A DNA stretch of 32,000 nucleotides from NCBI GenBank assembly GCA_030149205.1, contig JASBSB010000006.1, positions 420,001 to 452,000 on the forward strand. Reading direction: 5' to 3'. Positions 1 to 9,144 of this stretch are shown here, in pieces. This DNA is from Candidatus Heimdallarchaeota archaeon. Lineage in GTDB: Archaea > Asgardarchaeota > Heimdallarchaeia > Heimdallarchaeales > Kariarchaeaceae. A model generated the notes under the pieces. That model did not search any database. It worked only from the letters and a program-made list of their open reading frames with translations, and had not been told where the DNA came from. Both the position numbers and the translations under genes were made by a program. Within the stretch, counting starts at the first letter, position 1. The number at the start of each line of letters is the position of its first letter.

Positions 1-541
1 ATCTGAATGCATGATAATCTTCTAATCCAACTTTTTTCAAGATAGAATATACTTCTTCATCACGGTTCCCCTTTGCCAGTCCATGAATCTGTAATGGTTC
101 TTTCAAAGTATCAATAACTAACCTTCGAGGGTTTAAGGAATTATAAGGATCTTGAAAAACCATTTGAACATTTCTTTGAAACGTTTTTATGCTTTTTCTA
201 TCCTTAGTTTTGTTAAAATTAATGTCTCTATACCAAACTTCACCTGTTGTTGGTTTTTCTAAACCCACAATAGTTTTTGAAAGTGTAGATTTACCACAGC
301 CAGATTCTCCAACTAACCCTAAAATTTCACCTTTTAATAGTTGTAGATCAACTCCATCAACTGCTTTGATTTGACCAACAACTTTTGAAAGGAAAATTGA
401 CTGACTTTTGATTGGAAAATATTTCCTCAAATTACGTAATTCTAAAACCACATCCTTATCTTTTCCCGTGGGAGTCCCCGGGAAAAAATCAAGATCTTGA
501 TCGTGATTGATTTGAGGCATATTTTCTTGGCTAGAATCCAT
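1..541 (-). CDS. oppF: Oligopeptide/dipeptide ABC transporter ATP-binding subunit, OppF/DppF-like (partial; runs off the left edge)
   Basis: Not in the ORF track. Manual translation from ATG at 541 gives [10 protein letters not shown]...[13 protein letters not shown]...IKAVDGVDL...[13 protein letters not shown] (Walker A)...[15 protein letters not shown]..., open to the window edge and downstream of oppBC. Confidence 0.9.
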   Translation of the reverse strand, partial: MDSSQENMPQINHDQDLDFFPGTPTGKDKDVVLELRNLRKYFPIKSQSIFLSKVVGQIKAVDGVDLQLLKGEILGLVGESGCGKSTLSKTIVGLEKPTTGEVWYRDINFNKTKDRKSIKTFQRNVQMVFQDPYNSLNPRRLVIDTLKEPLQIHGLAKGNRDEEVYSILKKVGLEDYHAFR

Positions 542-597
542 TAATGGCAATCTGAATATAATCTTATTAAACGTTTGTTCAAACCAAAAAATATTCC

Positions 598-978
598 TTA
601 ATTTAGAAGTTGATTTATGATTTTGAGAAAAGGCTCAAATAAAAATATTAGTGTTAAACCAGAAATTACAGTTCTGGCAATTCCTTTATAAAAATCTAGG
701 GGATCATCAAATTCTTTAATTGTGATAATTTTTCCTATGGTCTGTTTGTAACTGGGTGAGTCGACAAACCATAATGATAGACCACCACGTAATATTTGCA
801 TCCCTGCAAACAAACCATAGATAACCGGTATATACAGAAAGAACAAAAATGAAAATATATTTGAACTCAACCAAGCCAATAATATAAATACAAGCCAAAT
901 AAAAATCCCGTAGATTAGCCCAATGAAAATATTTTGTAGAAAAAATTTACGATAGGTTGTCAGCTCGATTTTATTCAA
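598..978 (-). CDS. Hypothetical membrane protein (about 3 TM helices) inside the opp operon
   Basis: 126-aa ORF 6 bp downstream of oppC on the same strand, with two N-terminal hydrophobic stretches and one C-terminal one; no family recognised. Confidence 0.7.
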   Translation of the reverse strand: MNKIELTTYRKFFLQNIFIGLIYGIFIWLVFILLAWLSSNIFSFLFFLYIPVIYGLFAGMQILRGGLSLWFVDSPSYKQTIGKIITIKEFDDPLDFYKGIARTVISGLTLIFLFEPFLKIINQLLN

Positions 979-984
979 TCTTTT

Positions 985-1914
985 TCACTGTTTTAATTTG
1001 GGATCTAACGCATCTCTTAAGGCATCACCAAACAGGTTTGCTGCTAAAACGACAAAAAATATAGCAAAGCCAGGAGCGAGAGCTTGTTCGGGATTAACAT
1101 ACAAGGTTCCTTGAGATTGAGAAACCATAATTCCCCAACTTACAGTGTTGGCAGGGTCACCTAAACCAAGAAAAGCTAATCCAGCTTCAGAAAGTATAGC
1201 ACCTGCCACGAATAATGCACCTAATACAATGATTGGGGCTAGAATATTAGGAAATATGTGAACAAATAGGATTCTAAGGTCATTTGCACCCATAACTCTA
1301 GCAGCAGAAACGTATTCTAAGGATGAAACTTGTTTAACGTTTGCTGTCACTAATCTAGCCAAACCTGCCCACCCAAACAAACCAATAACATATGTGATGA
1401 CCATTACAACAGGTATATTTGCTAAAAATTGAGCTTTCCCTGACGTGATTAAATTAACTAATAGTAGTGCAATTAACAGGAATGGTACAGCAAGAAAGAG
1501 ATCCACAATTCTCATTAGAATTTCTTCTATGCTTCCTTGATAGTAACCAGCGACCATACCTACTAGTACCCCGATAACCAATGAAATAAGGGTTGCAACT
1601 ATACCAACAGTCATAGAGGTTTCTGAACCTACCAACAACCTGGAATACCCATCTCTTCCTTTTATGTCTGTTCCAGCTGGATATTTTAAGTTTGGAGAAG
1701 CATTGGCTCCACCACCATATTTACTGTTTCTTGCTGGTGCAATAGAAGTTGGATTAAAACTGATTAAAATTGGATAAAATACTGAGATTAAAATAGTTAA
1801 AATTAGAAAATATAGTGCTATCATTGCGACTTTATTTCTCTTAAGTCTTTTTCCAACGACTATCCACTGATTTTCCGATTTGAATTTTTTAATATTAGAA
1901 TTTACTTCTGTCAT
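985..1914 (-). CDS. oppC: Peptide ABC transporter permease, OppC/DppC
   Basis: Motifs GTDIKGRDGYSRLLVG, EYVSAARVMGA (EAA loop), HIFPN, ILSEAGLAFLGLG, NLFGDALRDALDP; RBS GAGGT upstream. Confidence 0.95.
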   Translation of the reverse strand: MTEVNSNIKKFKSENQWIVVGKRLKRNKVAMIALYFLILTILISVFYPILISFNPTSIAPARNSKYGGGANASPNLKYPAGTDIKGRDGYSRLLVGSETSMTVGIVATLISLVIGVLVGMVAGYYQGSIEEILMRIVDLFLAVPFLLIALLLVNLITSGKAQFLANIPVVMVITYVIGLFGWAGLARLVTANVKQVSSLEYVSAARVMGANDLRILFVHIFPNILAPIIVLGALFVAGAILSEAGLAFLGLGDPANTVSWGIMVSQSQGTLYVNPEQALAPGFAIFFVVLAANLFGDALRDALDPKLKQ

Positions 1915-1925
1915 AAACTAACCTC

Positions 1926-3596
1926 TTAAAGTGAAATCCTCGGGTCTAAATATGTATAGACAATATCTGTCAACATATTTGCAATTAATATCATAATTGT
2001 AATAATCAACACCATTGCCATCACCATATTGATATCAAAGGAAAAAACGGCTTTAACGTAAAGTTGTCCCAACCCAGGCCAGTTAAAAACTGTTTCTGTA
2101 ATTGGTGCACCCGCAAGAAGACCACCAATACTTAATCCCAAAAATGTTATTATGGGAAGCATCACATTTGGAAGGGCATGGTTCATGATAACTGAACGCT
2201 CAGATAAACCATTTGCTCTTGCTGAAAGTATATAATCCTCTCTCATAACCTCTAACATTGTCCCTCTTGTCAACCTTGCAAAGGTGGCCATGGTAGCAAA
2301 CGCTAGAGTTAGAACTGGTAGAACTAAATGCCAGATAGAATCATAGGTATACCAGAAAAATATTTGAAAATAGTCCATCCACCATGATAAATTGGAATAT
2401 TTTGACCCAATGTTTTGAGAAAAGAAAGACGATGGATCTGGTCCACAGACCCCACAATATCTCTCCTGTAATACAGGAACAAAATGTGCACCTCCATTTG
2501 GAAACCAGTTTAATCCAATTCCTCCAAAAATTAACAATGCAAGAATCCCCGTCACAAATATGGGCATGGAGAGACCTAACAGGGCTATCATAGAGACCAA
2601 TGAATCAATGAAAGTCTGATGATAATACGCAGCAAGAACTCCAAGTAAAACACTTATTGTAAAGGCTATAATTAAAGAAATAACCTGCATTTTTAATGTC
2701 TCCCAAATGAAGGGACCTATTATACTTTGCACTGGTTGCTTAGAGATGTATGAGAGCCCATAATCGAAATGTAGGAAACCATAAGTCCAGGTCATAAATC
2801 TATCCCATAATGTGTATGGCTTATAAGTGACTGGGTCAATGAATCCGAAAAGAAGCTTTAGCCTTGTCGCTTGTTGATCTCTTCCAATTCTGATATTCCC
2901 GAGTAATAATTGAATGGGGTCAGTTATGGTGTTAGAAATAAAAAATGTAAACCAAGCGATGGCAATAAACATTAACATAATTGCAAAGACTCTTCTTATC
3001 GAAAAAATTACTATCCTATTTTCAAAAAAAGATTTCATATCCCCATATTTTAGGTAATACCAATAAATCAGTGGGGTATACAAACCGATTGTAATTCCAA
3101 CGACCCAGTTATTATTAGTGAAGTTCATTACAAACCACAGAAAGCTTATAAGAAATATTAGAGTTCGTAAAGTAATGTGTGAGCTTGTTTTTTCTTTTAT
3201 GACTATTGGAATTGAAAGATAAGAAAGAACGATAAGAAGAATGATTGAAAATTGAGATATAAGAAATGAATTACTTGATTGATTGTAGATTACGGTGTAG
3301 CCAGAACTTCCAAAAATGTTTTGAATTTGAAAACTCATTCCAGTAGTAAAGCCTCTAAAAAACTGAAATGTGGGTAAAAGTGAAAATTCATAAAATACTG
3401 TAGATAAACTCTTCCCAGAAATTATTCCTCCAAATGAGTTACTCATCCATCCAACAAATTGGTTGAAATATAAGAGAGGTGCAAAGTATAGGAATAATAA
3501 GATAGCCTCTAAAATTGCAAACCTTTTAACTATTTCAGATAAAGTAAGTGGTTCTTCATGGTCAGAGGCATCCATAATCAGCGTTGTATCATCCAT
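1926..3596 (-). CDS. oppB: Peptide ABC transporter permease OppB/DppB with an extra N-terminal membrane domain of about 190 aa
   Basis: C-terminal ~360 aa carry DppB motifs (DYGLSY, HLVLPVLTL, RLTRGTMLEVMREDYILSARANGL, ITETVFNWPGLG, DIVYTYLDPRI); the N-terminal extension has several additional hydrophobic helices. Confidence 0.93.
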   Translation of the reverse strand: MDDTTLIMDASDHEEPLTLSEIVKRFAILEAILLFLYFAPLLYFNQFVGWMSNSFGGIISGKSLSTVFYEFSLLPTFQFFRGFTTGMSFQIQNIFGSSGYTVIYNQSSNSFLISQFSIILLIVLSYLSIPIVIKEKTSSHITLRTLIFLISFLWFVMNFTNNNWVVGITIGLYTPLIYWYYLKYGDMKSFFENRIVIFSIRRVFAIMLMFIAIAWFTFFISNTITDPIQLLLGNIRIGRDQQATRLKLLFGFIDPVTYKPYTLWDRFMTWTYGFLHFDYGLSYISKQPVQSIIGPFIWETLKMQVISLIIAFTISVLLGVLAAYYHQTFIDSLVSMIALLGLSMPIFVTGILALLIFGGIGLNWFPNGGAHFVPVLQERYCGVCGPDPSSFFSQNIGSKYSNLSWWMDYFQIFFWYTYDSIWHLVLPVLTLAFATMATFARLTRGTMLEVMREDYILSARANGLSERSVIMNHALPNVMLPIITFLGLSIGGLLAGAPITETVFNWPGLGQLYVKAVFSFDINMVMAMVLIITIMILIANMLTDIVYTYLDPRISL

Positions 3597-3667
3597 TTCT
3601 TATTTCACAATTAAACTGTGCTTATAATGGTTATTACTAATGCATATTTTTTAGGGGTTTGATAAAT

Positions 3668-5179
3668 TTAATGTTCTTCAATAAAATCTTTTAAGTTTAT
3701 TTCGTGAGGTAAGAGGGCTCGCTCTACTTTGGGTTTTTTAATTTTTCTGATTCCCCCGATTGCAAGTCCACCGATCAAGGTAAAACCAAGAATGGAGTAC
3801 ACTAGCCCTAAGCCTGCTCCACCTTGAATTTTAACTGCTGCTAATGCACTATACTTGTCTAAGGTATGAATTGTGTTATTGGTTTTCAAGCTATAAATTT
3901 CTATTCTATTGTTTACCTTGTTTTCTCTTACAACTGGGTAGGTATGTTCTATGTTGAGAGAATTCGTCACAGGAAACAAAACGTAAGATTTAATATCCCC
4001 CTGGAAGTTTGTGTATTTTGCCATTGAAATATCAAAGGTAAATCTCCCAGTTGCTGAATCAAAAACATCTTTTATTGACCAAGTTAAATAAATATCATTA
4101 CCTGAGGTATGAACACCTGTCATCGACCTTACTTCACGGTTATCTCTTGATGGATCAAACTTAACAGATGACCATTGATCCCGGGCCGTTAGTGAATTTG
4201 TTTCTGGCTTTACAGAAGTATCAGGAAGGTAAGTTGCCCAAGTGTTTCCAGAAAACCAAGAACCTCCAGCAATAAAAACTCCCTTATTTATTGGAAAGAT
4301 AACCGGTCGGGTAAATGTAGATCCAATTGACTGATAATCATAGGCATCTGGAAAAATTACCGTTTTATATGTTTCTGGAGTACTGTTTAAGAATTGAGTA
4401 GGATTATTTGGAATCATTAAAAATTGGATATTAATTTGTCTAGCCAAATTTATCTTATTCGTAAAAGCTATGTAACTTGTACCATTAACAATTGTCATAC
4501 CAGGATAATATACGTCTATCAGCTGCCTGCTTTTAGAGTAAAAACCTCCAATATGATTTCCTAATAAATCAAAATGCCTCCATTGTCCATTTAATAATGC
4601 TGCATAATGAATAGAAGTGTAACCTTGAACGTTAAATTGTGAGTTGAAATAGTCTTTTGAGTTTTGATTATATATTACAGAATAAACAATTCTGGGGGAT
4701 CCACTGGCAGTAAGTGCAATATAAGGAGACATTGCATACCAGTTTGAAGGTGTTGTAATTGGAACAGACATCCAATTATTTATTCCCAAACGTTTTGCAA
4801 AAAATAAGGTGTAATTTTGAGTAACATAACTTGTATATATTGAACCATTGGAGGCTATTACAAAATTATAGTGATAAGGATAAACAGGGGTATCTGTAAC
4901 ATTTTCTGTATGTAGACTACCATTAGTTTGAAGAACTGCAAATTTAAAGATATGCTTGCCAGTTAAGTTTTCTCCACGAGGCTCATTTACGTTTAATGGA
5001 CCAACAAGGTATGAAAAGAAAGTTTGACCATTGCTCCCATTTTTTAAATCCAATCGAGAACTGTTCGCTGGAACTTTAGTTAGAGCCTCACTCGAGAATT
5101 CCCTTAATTGTCCGTGGGTAGGAATTAAAGAAATAAAAAGCATAAATACTACAATGAATGCAGTTAACTTGAATTTCAT
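3668..5179 (-). CDS. Secreted, C-terminally membrane-anchored surface protein; possible beta-propeller
   Basis: N-terminal signal peptide (MKFKLTAFIVVFMLFISLIP), aromatic beta-strand-rich body, about ten N-x-S/T sequons, C-terminal TM helix followed by a basic tail. The fold call is inference. Confidence 0.75.
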   Translation of the reverse strand: MKFKLTAFIVVFMLFISLIPTHGQLREFSSEALTKVPANSSRLDLKNGSNGQTFFSYLVGPLNVNEPRGENLTGKHIFKFAVLQTNGSLHTENVTDTPVYPYHYNFVIASNGSIYTSYVTQNYTLFFAKRLGINNWMSVPITTPSNWYAMSPYIALTASGSPRIVYSVIYNQNSKDYFNSQFNVQGYTSIHYAALLNGQWRHFDLLGNHIGGFYSKSRQLIDVYYPGMTIVNGTSYIAFTNKINLARQINIQFLMIPNNPTQFLNSTPETYKTVIFPDAYDYQSIGSTFTRPVIFPINKGVFIAGGSWFSGNTWATYLPDTSVKPETNSLTARDQWSSVKFDPSRDNREVRSMTGVHTSGNDIYLTWSIKDVFDSATGRFTFDISMAKYTNFQGDIKSYVLFPVTNSLNIEHTYPVVRENKVNNRIEIYSLKTNNTIHTLDKYSALAAVKIQGGAGLGLVYSILGFTLIGGLAIGGIRKIKKPKVERALLPHEINLKDFIEEH

Positions 5180-5246
5180 AGACTTGCATTTTTTAAGAGA
5201 TTAAAATAATTACTGTTAGAATTTAATTAATACTTAAATTTATGAT

Positions 5247-7133
5247 TTACTTTCTAACTTTTCTTTTTAAAGTAATTGCAATAAATATCGACACAAATGT
5301 TACTATGAAAGGAACAAGTGATACCGGTGTTGGGGTTGAGGTAGTAGTGGTACCAGTCGGAGTACTTGAAGTTGTAGTTGTCGACTTAAAAGCCACATTA
5401 CCCCATTCTAAGGAAGAGGTTGATAACAATAATGCGTCTATTCCTGTTAAGGTATCAGACCAGGCCCACTGGGATTTAGGGTATACAATTGGGATCACTG
5501 GTAAGTCCTGATGAATCAATTGTTGAACTTTAACTGCCCATTCTGTTCTCTTTACTGGATCTAAAGTTGACGTGTAATTGCTGATTGCGTTCTCAAGTGT
5601 TCTGTTGTTATAGTTATAGAAGTTTCCACCAACAGGTCTCCAGTTAGATTTCTCATATAATCCAGTTGGATCCCAGTCCAGACCCCAACCATAACCTACG
5701 AAGAAAACATCAAATCCTCCCTTATCGTATGATTTTGGAGGTACATCTGAACCAAATGTTCTAGGTTGAATATCACCCCAACCAGTGCTTACATGTTTAG
5801 TAACACCAATTCCGATCTTTGGTAATTCTGCTGCAAAGTTATCACTCCATTGATTTCTGGCTGGGTTTGTGTTGGGTGATAAAACAGTCACATTGAAAAA
5901 GAATTTGGGATAGACGCCTGTTTTATTATTAGGTGTTCCAAGTTTTGAATAGTCATAACCTGCCTTTGTCATCATCTCTTTTGCCATTGTTATATTGAAT
6001 GGATCTGGTTTGATGTTTGCATCCCAGCCAAAAGCACTAGATGGCATGGTTGAAGCTGCTGGTTGTCCCAGACCCTGTAAGATCTGATTTGCAGCTAAGC
6101 TTCGATCAACTATTAATGACATAGCATGTCTAACGAGTCGTCCACGACTTGCATTCAGAGCAACAGAGTCACCAAATTTACTTGCTGGGCTGCCTGAGCC
6201 ATTTCCAAAGTATGGGTTGAAGTGATTAAGTGAGATTTCTTGGTGAGCCGGGTCTCCAACGATTGTTGCTGTTATTCCTCTAACTAATTTCAATTCTGAT
6301 GGGTAAGGAACATATTGAGAATCCATTAAATTGATGGTTCCAGATGCTAGAGCACCAAGAGCTGCTGCTTTGCTACTTACTTTTTGAAATACGATGGAGT
6401 CCAATTTAGTGTTTGCTGCATCCCAATAGTTTGTATCTTTTACAACAGTTACAACCATATTGGTAGTATCAATTTTTTGCACTTTGAATGGACCAGTGGA
6501 AGCTACATCTGAACCATCTGAAGCATCCCAGTTACAAACTGTAGCATTTTTTGTTGAAACACAGGAGTCATACCTACTTTGGAAATGACTTTTTTCAACA
6601 ATTGTTGAAGCTAATAATCCTAGTGCAAATGCATAAGGTCTGGTTAAATTGAAAAAGACAGTTGATGAATCTATTTTACTCACAGATGAGTTTGTCATAT
6701 ATTGTGAGGCAATTGGATAAACACCTACATCAATTAGAGGGGTTAAACGAGCCTTAAAGCTAAAAACAACATCATCTGCCGTAATGGGAGTACCATCAGC
6801 AAATTTGAGGTTCGGCTTTAACTTTACTGTGAACTGTGTGCTATTTGCAGATACAGTTGGCATCGAAGCTGCTAAATCAGGCACCCAGTCTCGACTATTT
6901 GCTGCGCTTCTTTTAAAGAGCCCAGAAGTAACTGCAGAAAGCCATTGGGCAGTTGCGTAACTTTGAACTGTGAACGATGAAAACTCAGTGAAATCATATG
7001 GCAGAGCATAGATTAAAGTTTTCGAATTTTGGTTTAAAGAAGGGTTTGCAAACCCGAGCTGGATGATTGAAACACTGCTAACTAGAAGAAGAGCAGTGGT
7101 GATCATGAAATACAATTTTGTTTTACTTTTCAT
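5247..7133 (-). CDS. oppA: Peptide ABC transporter substrate-binding protein (SBP family 5) with Ser/Thr linker and C-terminal TM anchor
   Basis: KFADGTPITADDVVFSF, STGPFKV, VRHAMSLIVDR, QQLIHQDLPVIPI; C-terminus TTTTSSTPTGTTTTSTPTP followed by a hydrophobic helix and KRKVRK, typical of archaeal anchored binding proteins. Confidence 0.93.
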   Translation of the reverse strand: MKSKTKLYFMITTALLLVSSVSIIQLGFANPSLNQNSKTLIYALPYDFTEFSSFTVQSYATAQWLSAVTSGLFKRSAANSRDWVPDLAASMPTVSANSTQFTVKLKPNLKFADGTPITADDVVFSFKARLTPLIDVGVYPIASQYMTNSSVSKIDSSTVFFNLTRPYAFALGLLASTIVEKSHFQSRYDSCVSTKNATVCNWDASDGSDVASTGPFKVQKIDTTNMVVTVVKDTNYWDAANTKLDSIVFQKVSSKAAALGALASGTINLMDSQYVPYPSELKLVRGITATIVGDPAHQEISLNHFNPYFGNGSGSPASKFGDSVALNASRGRLVRHAMSLIVDRSLAANQILQGLGQPAASTMPSSAFGWDANIKPDPFNITMAKEMMTKAGYDYSKLGTPNNKTGVYPKFFFNVTVLSPNTNPARNQWSDNFAAELPKIGIGVTKHVSTGWGDIQPRTFGSDVPPKSYDKGGFDVFFVGYGWGLDWDPTGLYEKSNWRPVGGNFYNYNNRTLENAISNYTSTLDPVKRTEWAVKVQQLIHQDLPVIPIVYPKSQWAWSDTLTGIDALLLSTSSLEWGNVAFKSTTTTSSTPTGTTTTSTPTPVSLVPFIVTFVSIFIAITLKRKVRK

Positions 7134-7457
7134 TTATATCATCCTCACGAAGAATTTTCAATATTTTGGTTTGAAATCCATCGCTAGTTATTGTGAATTT
7201 ATTTGGAAGTTTATGAATTTATCCAGCAGAAATTTCTCAATTTTCAAATTCTGAGAATAAATCATGCATTTCTTCAAATCAATTTATTTGAGATTTTACC
7301 TTTTAATTAAAGATTTTAGCACTTTATTTTGATAATTAATGCCAATTTTTCCACAAATATCGTCGGTAAAATGCACAAATGAACTAAGAGTTAAAATGTA
7401 ACAATTTGTTTAGTCTAGTAACAATTCTCCCAAAGTATATTGGTAAGTGTTTCAATA

Positions 7458-9080
7458 TTATCTCATGTATGCGTACGAAAAGTCCTTAGGTGGGCTAAAG
7501 GTCTCCTTAATTGCTTGGACACTCACCCATCTGATAAGATTTAAATAGGAACCAGCTTTATCGTTAGTTCCTGATGCTCTTGCTCCACCAAATGGTTGTT
7601 GGCCGACTACAGCAGCAGTGGGTTTGTCATTGATATAAAAGTTTCCTGCGGCGTTTTTAAGGGTATGAGTCATGTATTTGATGACACTTCTCTCTTTTGC
7701 AAAAATCGAGCCTGTGAGAGCGTAAATTGAGGTAGTGTTACAAAGATTGAGTGCTTCATCAAATTTATTATCATCATATACATATACTGTAAGAACAGGG
7801 CCAAAAATCTCTTCTTGCATTGTTTTGAATTTAGGGTTTGTTGTCTCAACTATCGTTGGGGGGATGAAATATCCTCTGGAAGAATCAGCTTTTCCTTCAG
7901 TGATGACTTCTGCTTCTGTGGACTCCTCAACATAGGATATGTATGATGTGATTTTTTCATAGGCACTTGCATCAATGACTGCATTCATCATTGTAGTAAC
8001 ATCTTCAACATCCCCTTGTTTAAATTCTTTAAGCTCATCAAGCATAATTTTCTTGATTTCTGACCAGCGGGATTTTGGTACATACATTCTTGATGCTGCA
8101 GAACATTTCTGACCACAATATTCAAATGATGCTCGTAAAGCAGCTATTGCAACCTCTCTGGAATTAGCTGAGTTATGTACAAAAATAAAGTCTTTCCCGC
8201 CAGTTTCTCCAACTATTCTGGGGTAACTCTTATAGGTAGCTATATTTTCTCCAATAACCTTCCACATTTGATGAAATGTTGAAGTAGAACCTGTAAAATG
8301 AATACCAGCCAGATCTGGATGAGGCAATATAATCCTTCCAACCTCAGAACCCTTTCCTGGTAAGAAATTTATAACACCATTAGGTAACCCTGATTCTTCA
8401 AACAGTTCCATCAAGAAGTGGGCTGAATAGACAGCTGTAGATGCAGGTTTCCAAACAACTGTATTACCCATAATTGCTGGAGATGTCGGTAGATTACCAG
8501 CAATACTAGTGAAGTTAAAGGGTGTCACAGCAAAGACAAATCCTTCTAGTGGTCTATAGTTTACAGAATTCCACATCCCACGAGGGGAATATGGCTGATC
8601 TCTGTAAATTTCTTGCATATAATATGTGTTAAATCTGTAAAAATCTATCAACTCACAAGCGGAATCAATTTCAGCTTGGTAAATATTTTTTGACTGTCCC
8701 AACATTGTAGATGCATTCAACACTGGTCGATATTTCCCGGCTAGCAAATCAGCCATTTTTAAGAAAATAGCAGCCCGATCCTGCCAATCAAAAGATTCCC
8801 AGACTTCTTTTGCCTCCATAGCAGCCTCAATTGACATCAAGATATGCTCTTTACTAGCCTTTGAATAATACCCAAGCACATGCTGATGATCGTGAGGTAT
8901 GACTATTTTTTCTTTTTCGTCAGAATATATTTTTTTTCCACCAATAACCAATGGGACTTCTATTTTCTGATTTTTGAGGGATTGAATCTCTGCCATCAGG
9001 GTTTTTAACTCAGGAGAATCTGGAAGATACCCCAGCACTGGCTCATTGGATGGTTTCGGTACACTTGGAATTAGATTCAT
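7458..9080 (-). CDS. pruA: L-glutamate gamma-semialdehyde (1-pyrroline-5-carboxylate) dehydrogenase, ALDH4/Put2-like
   Basis: PFNFTSIAGNL, GIHFTGST, GETGGKDF (catalytic Glu), EYCGQKCSA (catalytic Cys), EEIFGP, FYINDKPT, QPFGGARASGTNDKAGS. Confidence 0.95.
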   Translation of the reverse strand: MNLIPSVPKPSNEPVLGYLPDSPELKTLMAEIQSLKNQKIEVPLVIGGKKIYSDEKEKIVIPHDHQHVLGYYSKASKEHILMSIEAAMEAKEVWESFDWQDRAAIFLKMADLLAGKYRPVLNASTMLGQSKNIYQAEIDSACELIDFYRFNTYYMQEIYRDQPYSPRGMWNSVNYRPLEGFVFAVTPFNFTSIAGNLPTSPAIMGNTVVWKPASTAVYSAHFLMELFEESGLPNGVINFLPGKGSEVGRIILPHPDLAGIHFTGSTSTFHQMWKVIGENIATYKSYPRIVGETGGKDFIFVHNSANSREVAIAALRASFEYCGQKCSAASRMYVPKSRWSEIKKIMLDELKEFKQGDVEDVTTMMNAVIDASAYEKITSYISYVEESTEAEVITEGKADSSRGYFIPPTIVETTNPKFKTMQEEIFGPVLTVYVYDDNKFDEALNLCNTTSIYALTGSIFAKERSVIKYMTHTLKNAAGNFYINDKPTAAVVGQQPFGGARASGTNDKAGSYLNLIRWVSVQAIKETFSPPKDFSYAYMR

Positions 9081-9144
9081 TTGTTATCATTGGTTCTACA
9101 ATAGTCATTTTATGAAACCTTTTAAATTACCCCTGACAGTTTGC

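Noticed and set aside
5311-5380. Low-complexity repeat (GTAGTAGTG/GTTGTAGTTG)
   Set aside because: It encodes the Ser/Thr-rich linker of OppA; not an independent repeat element.
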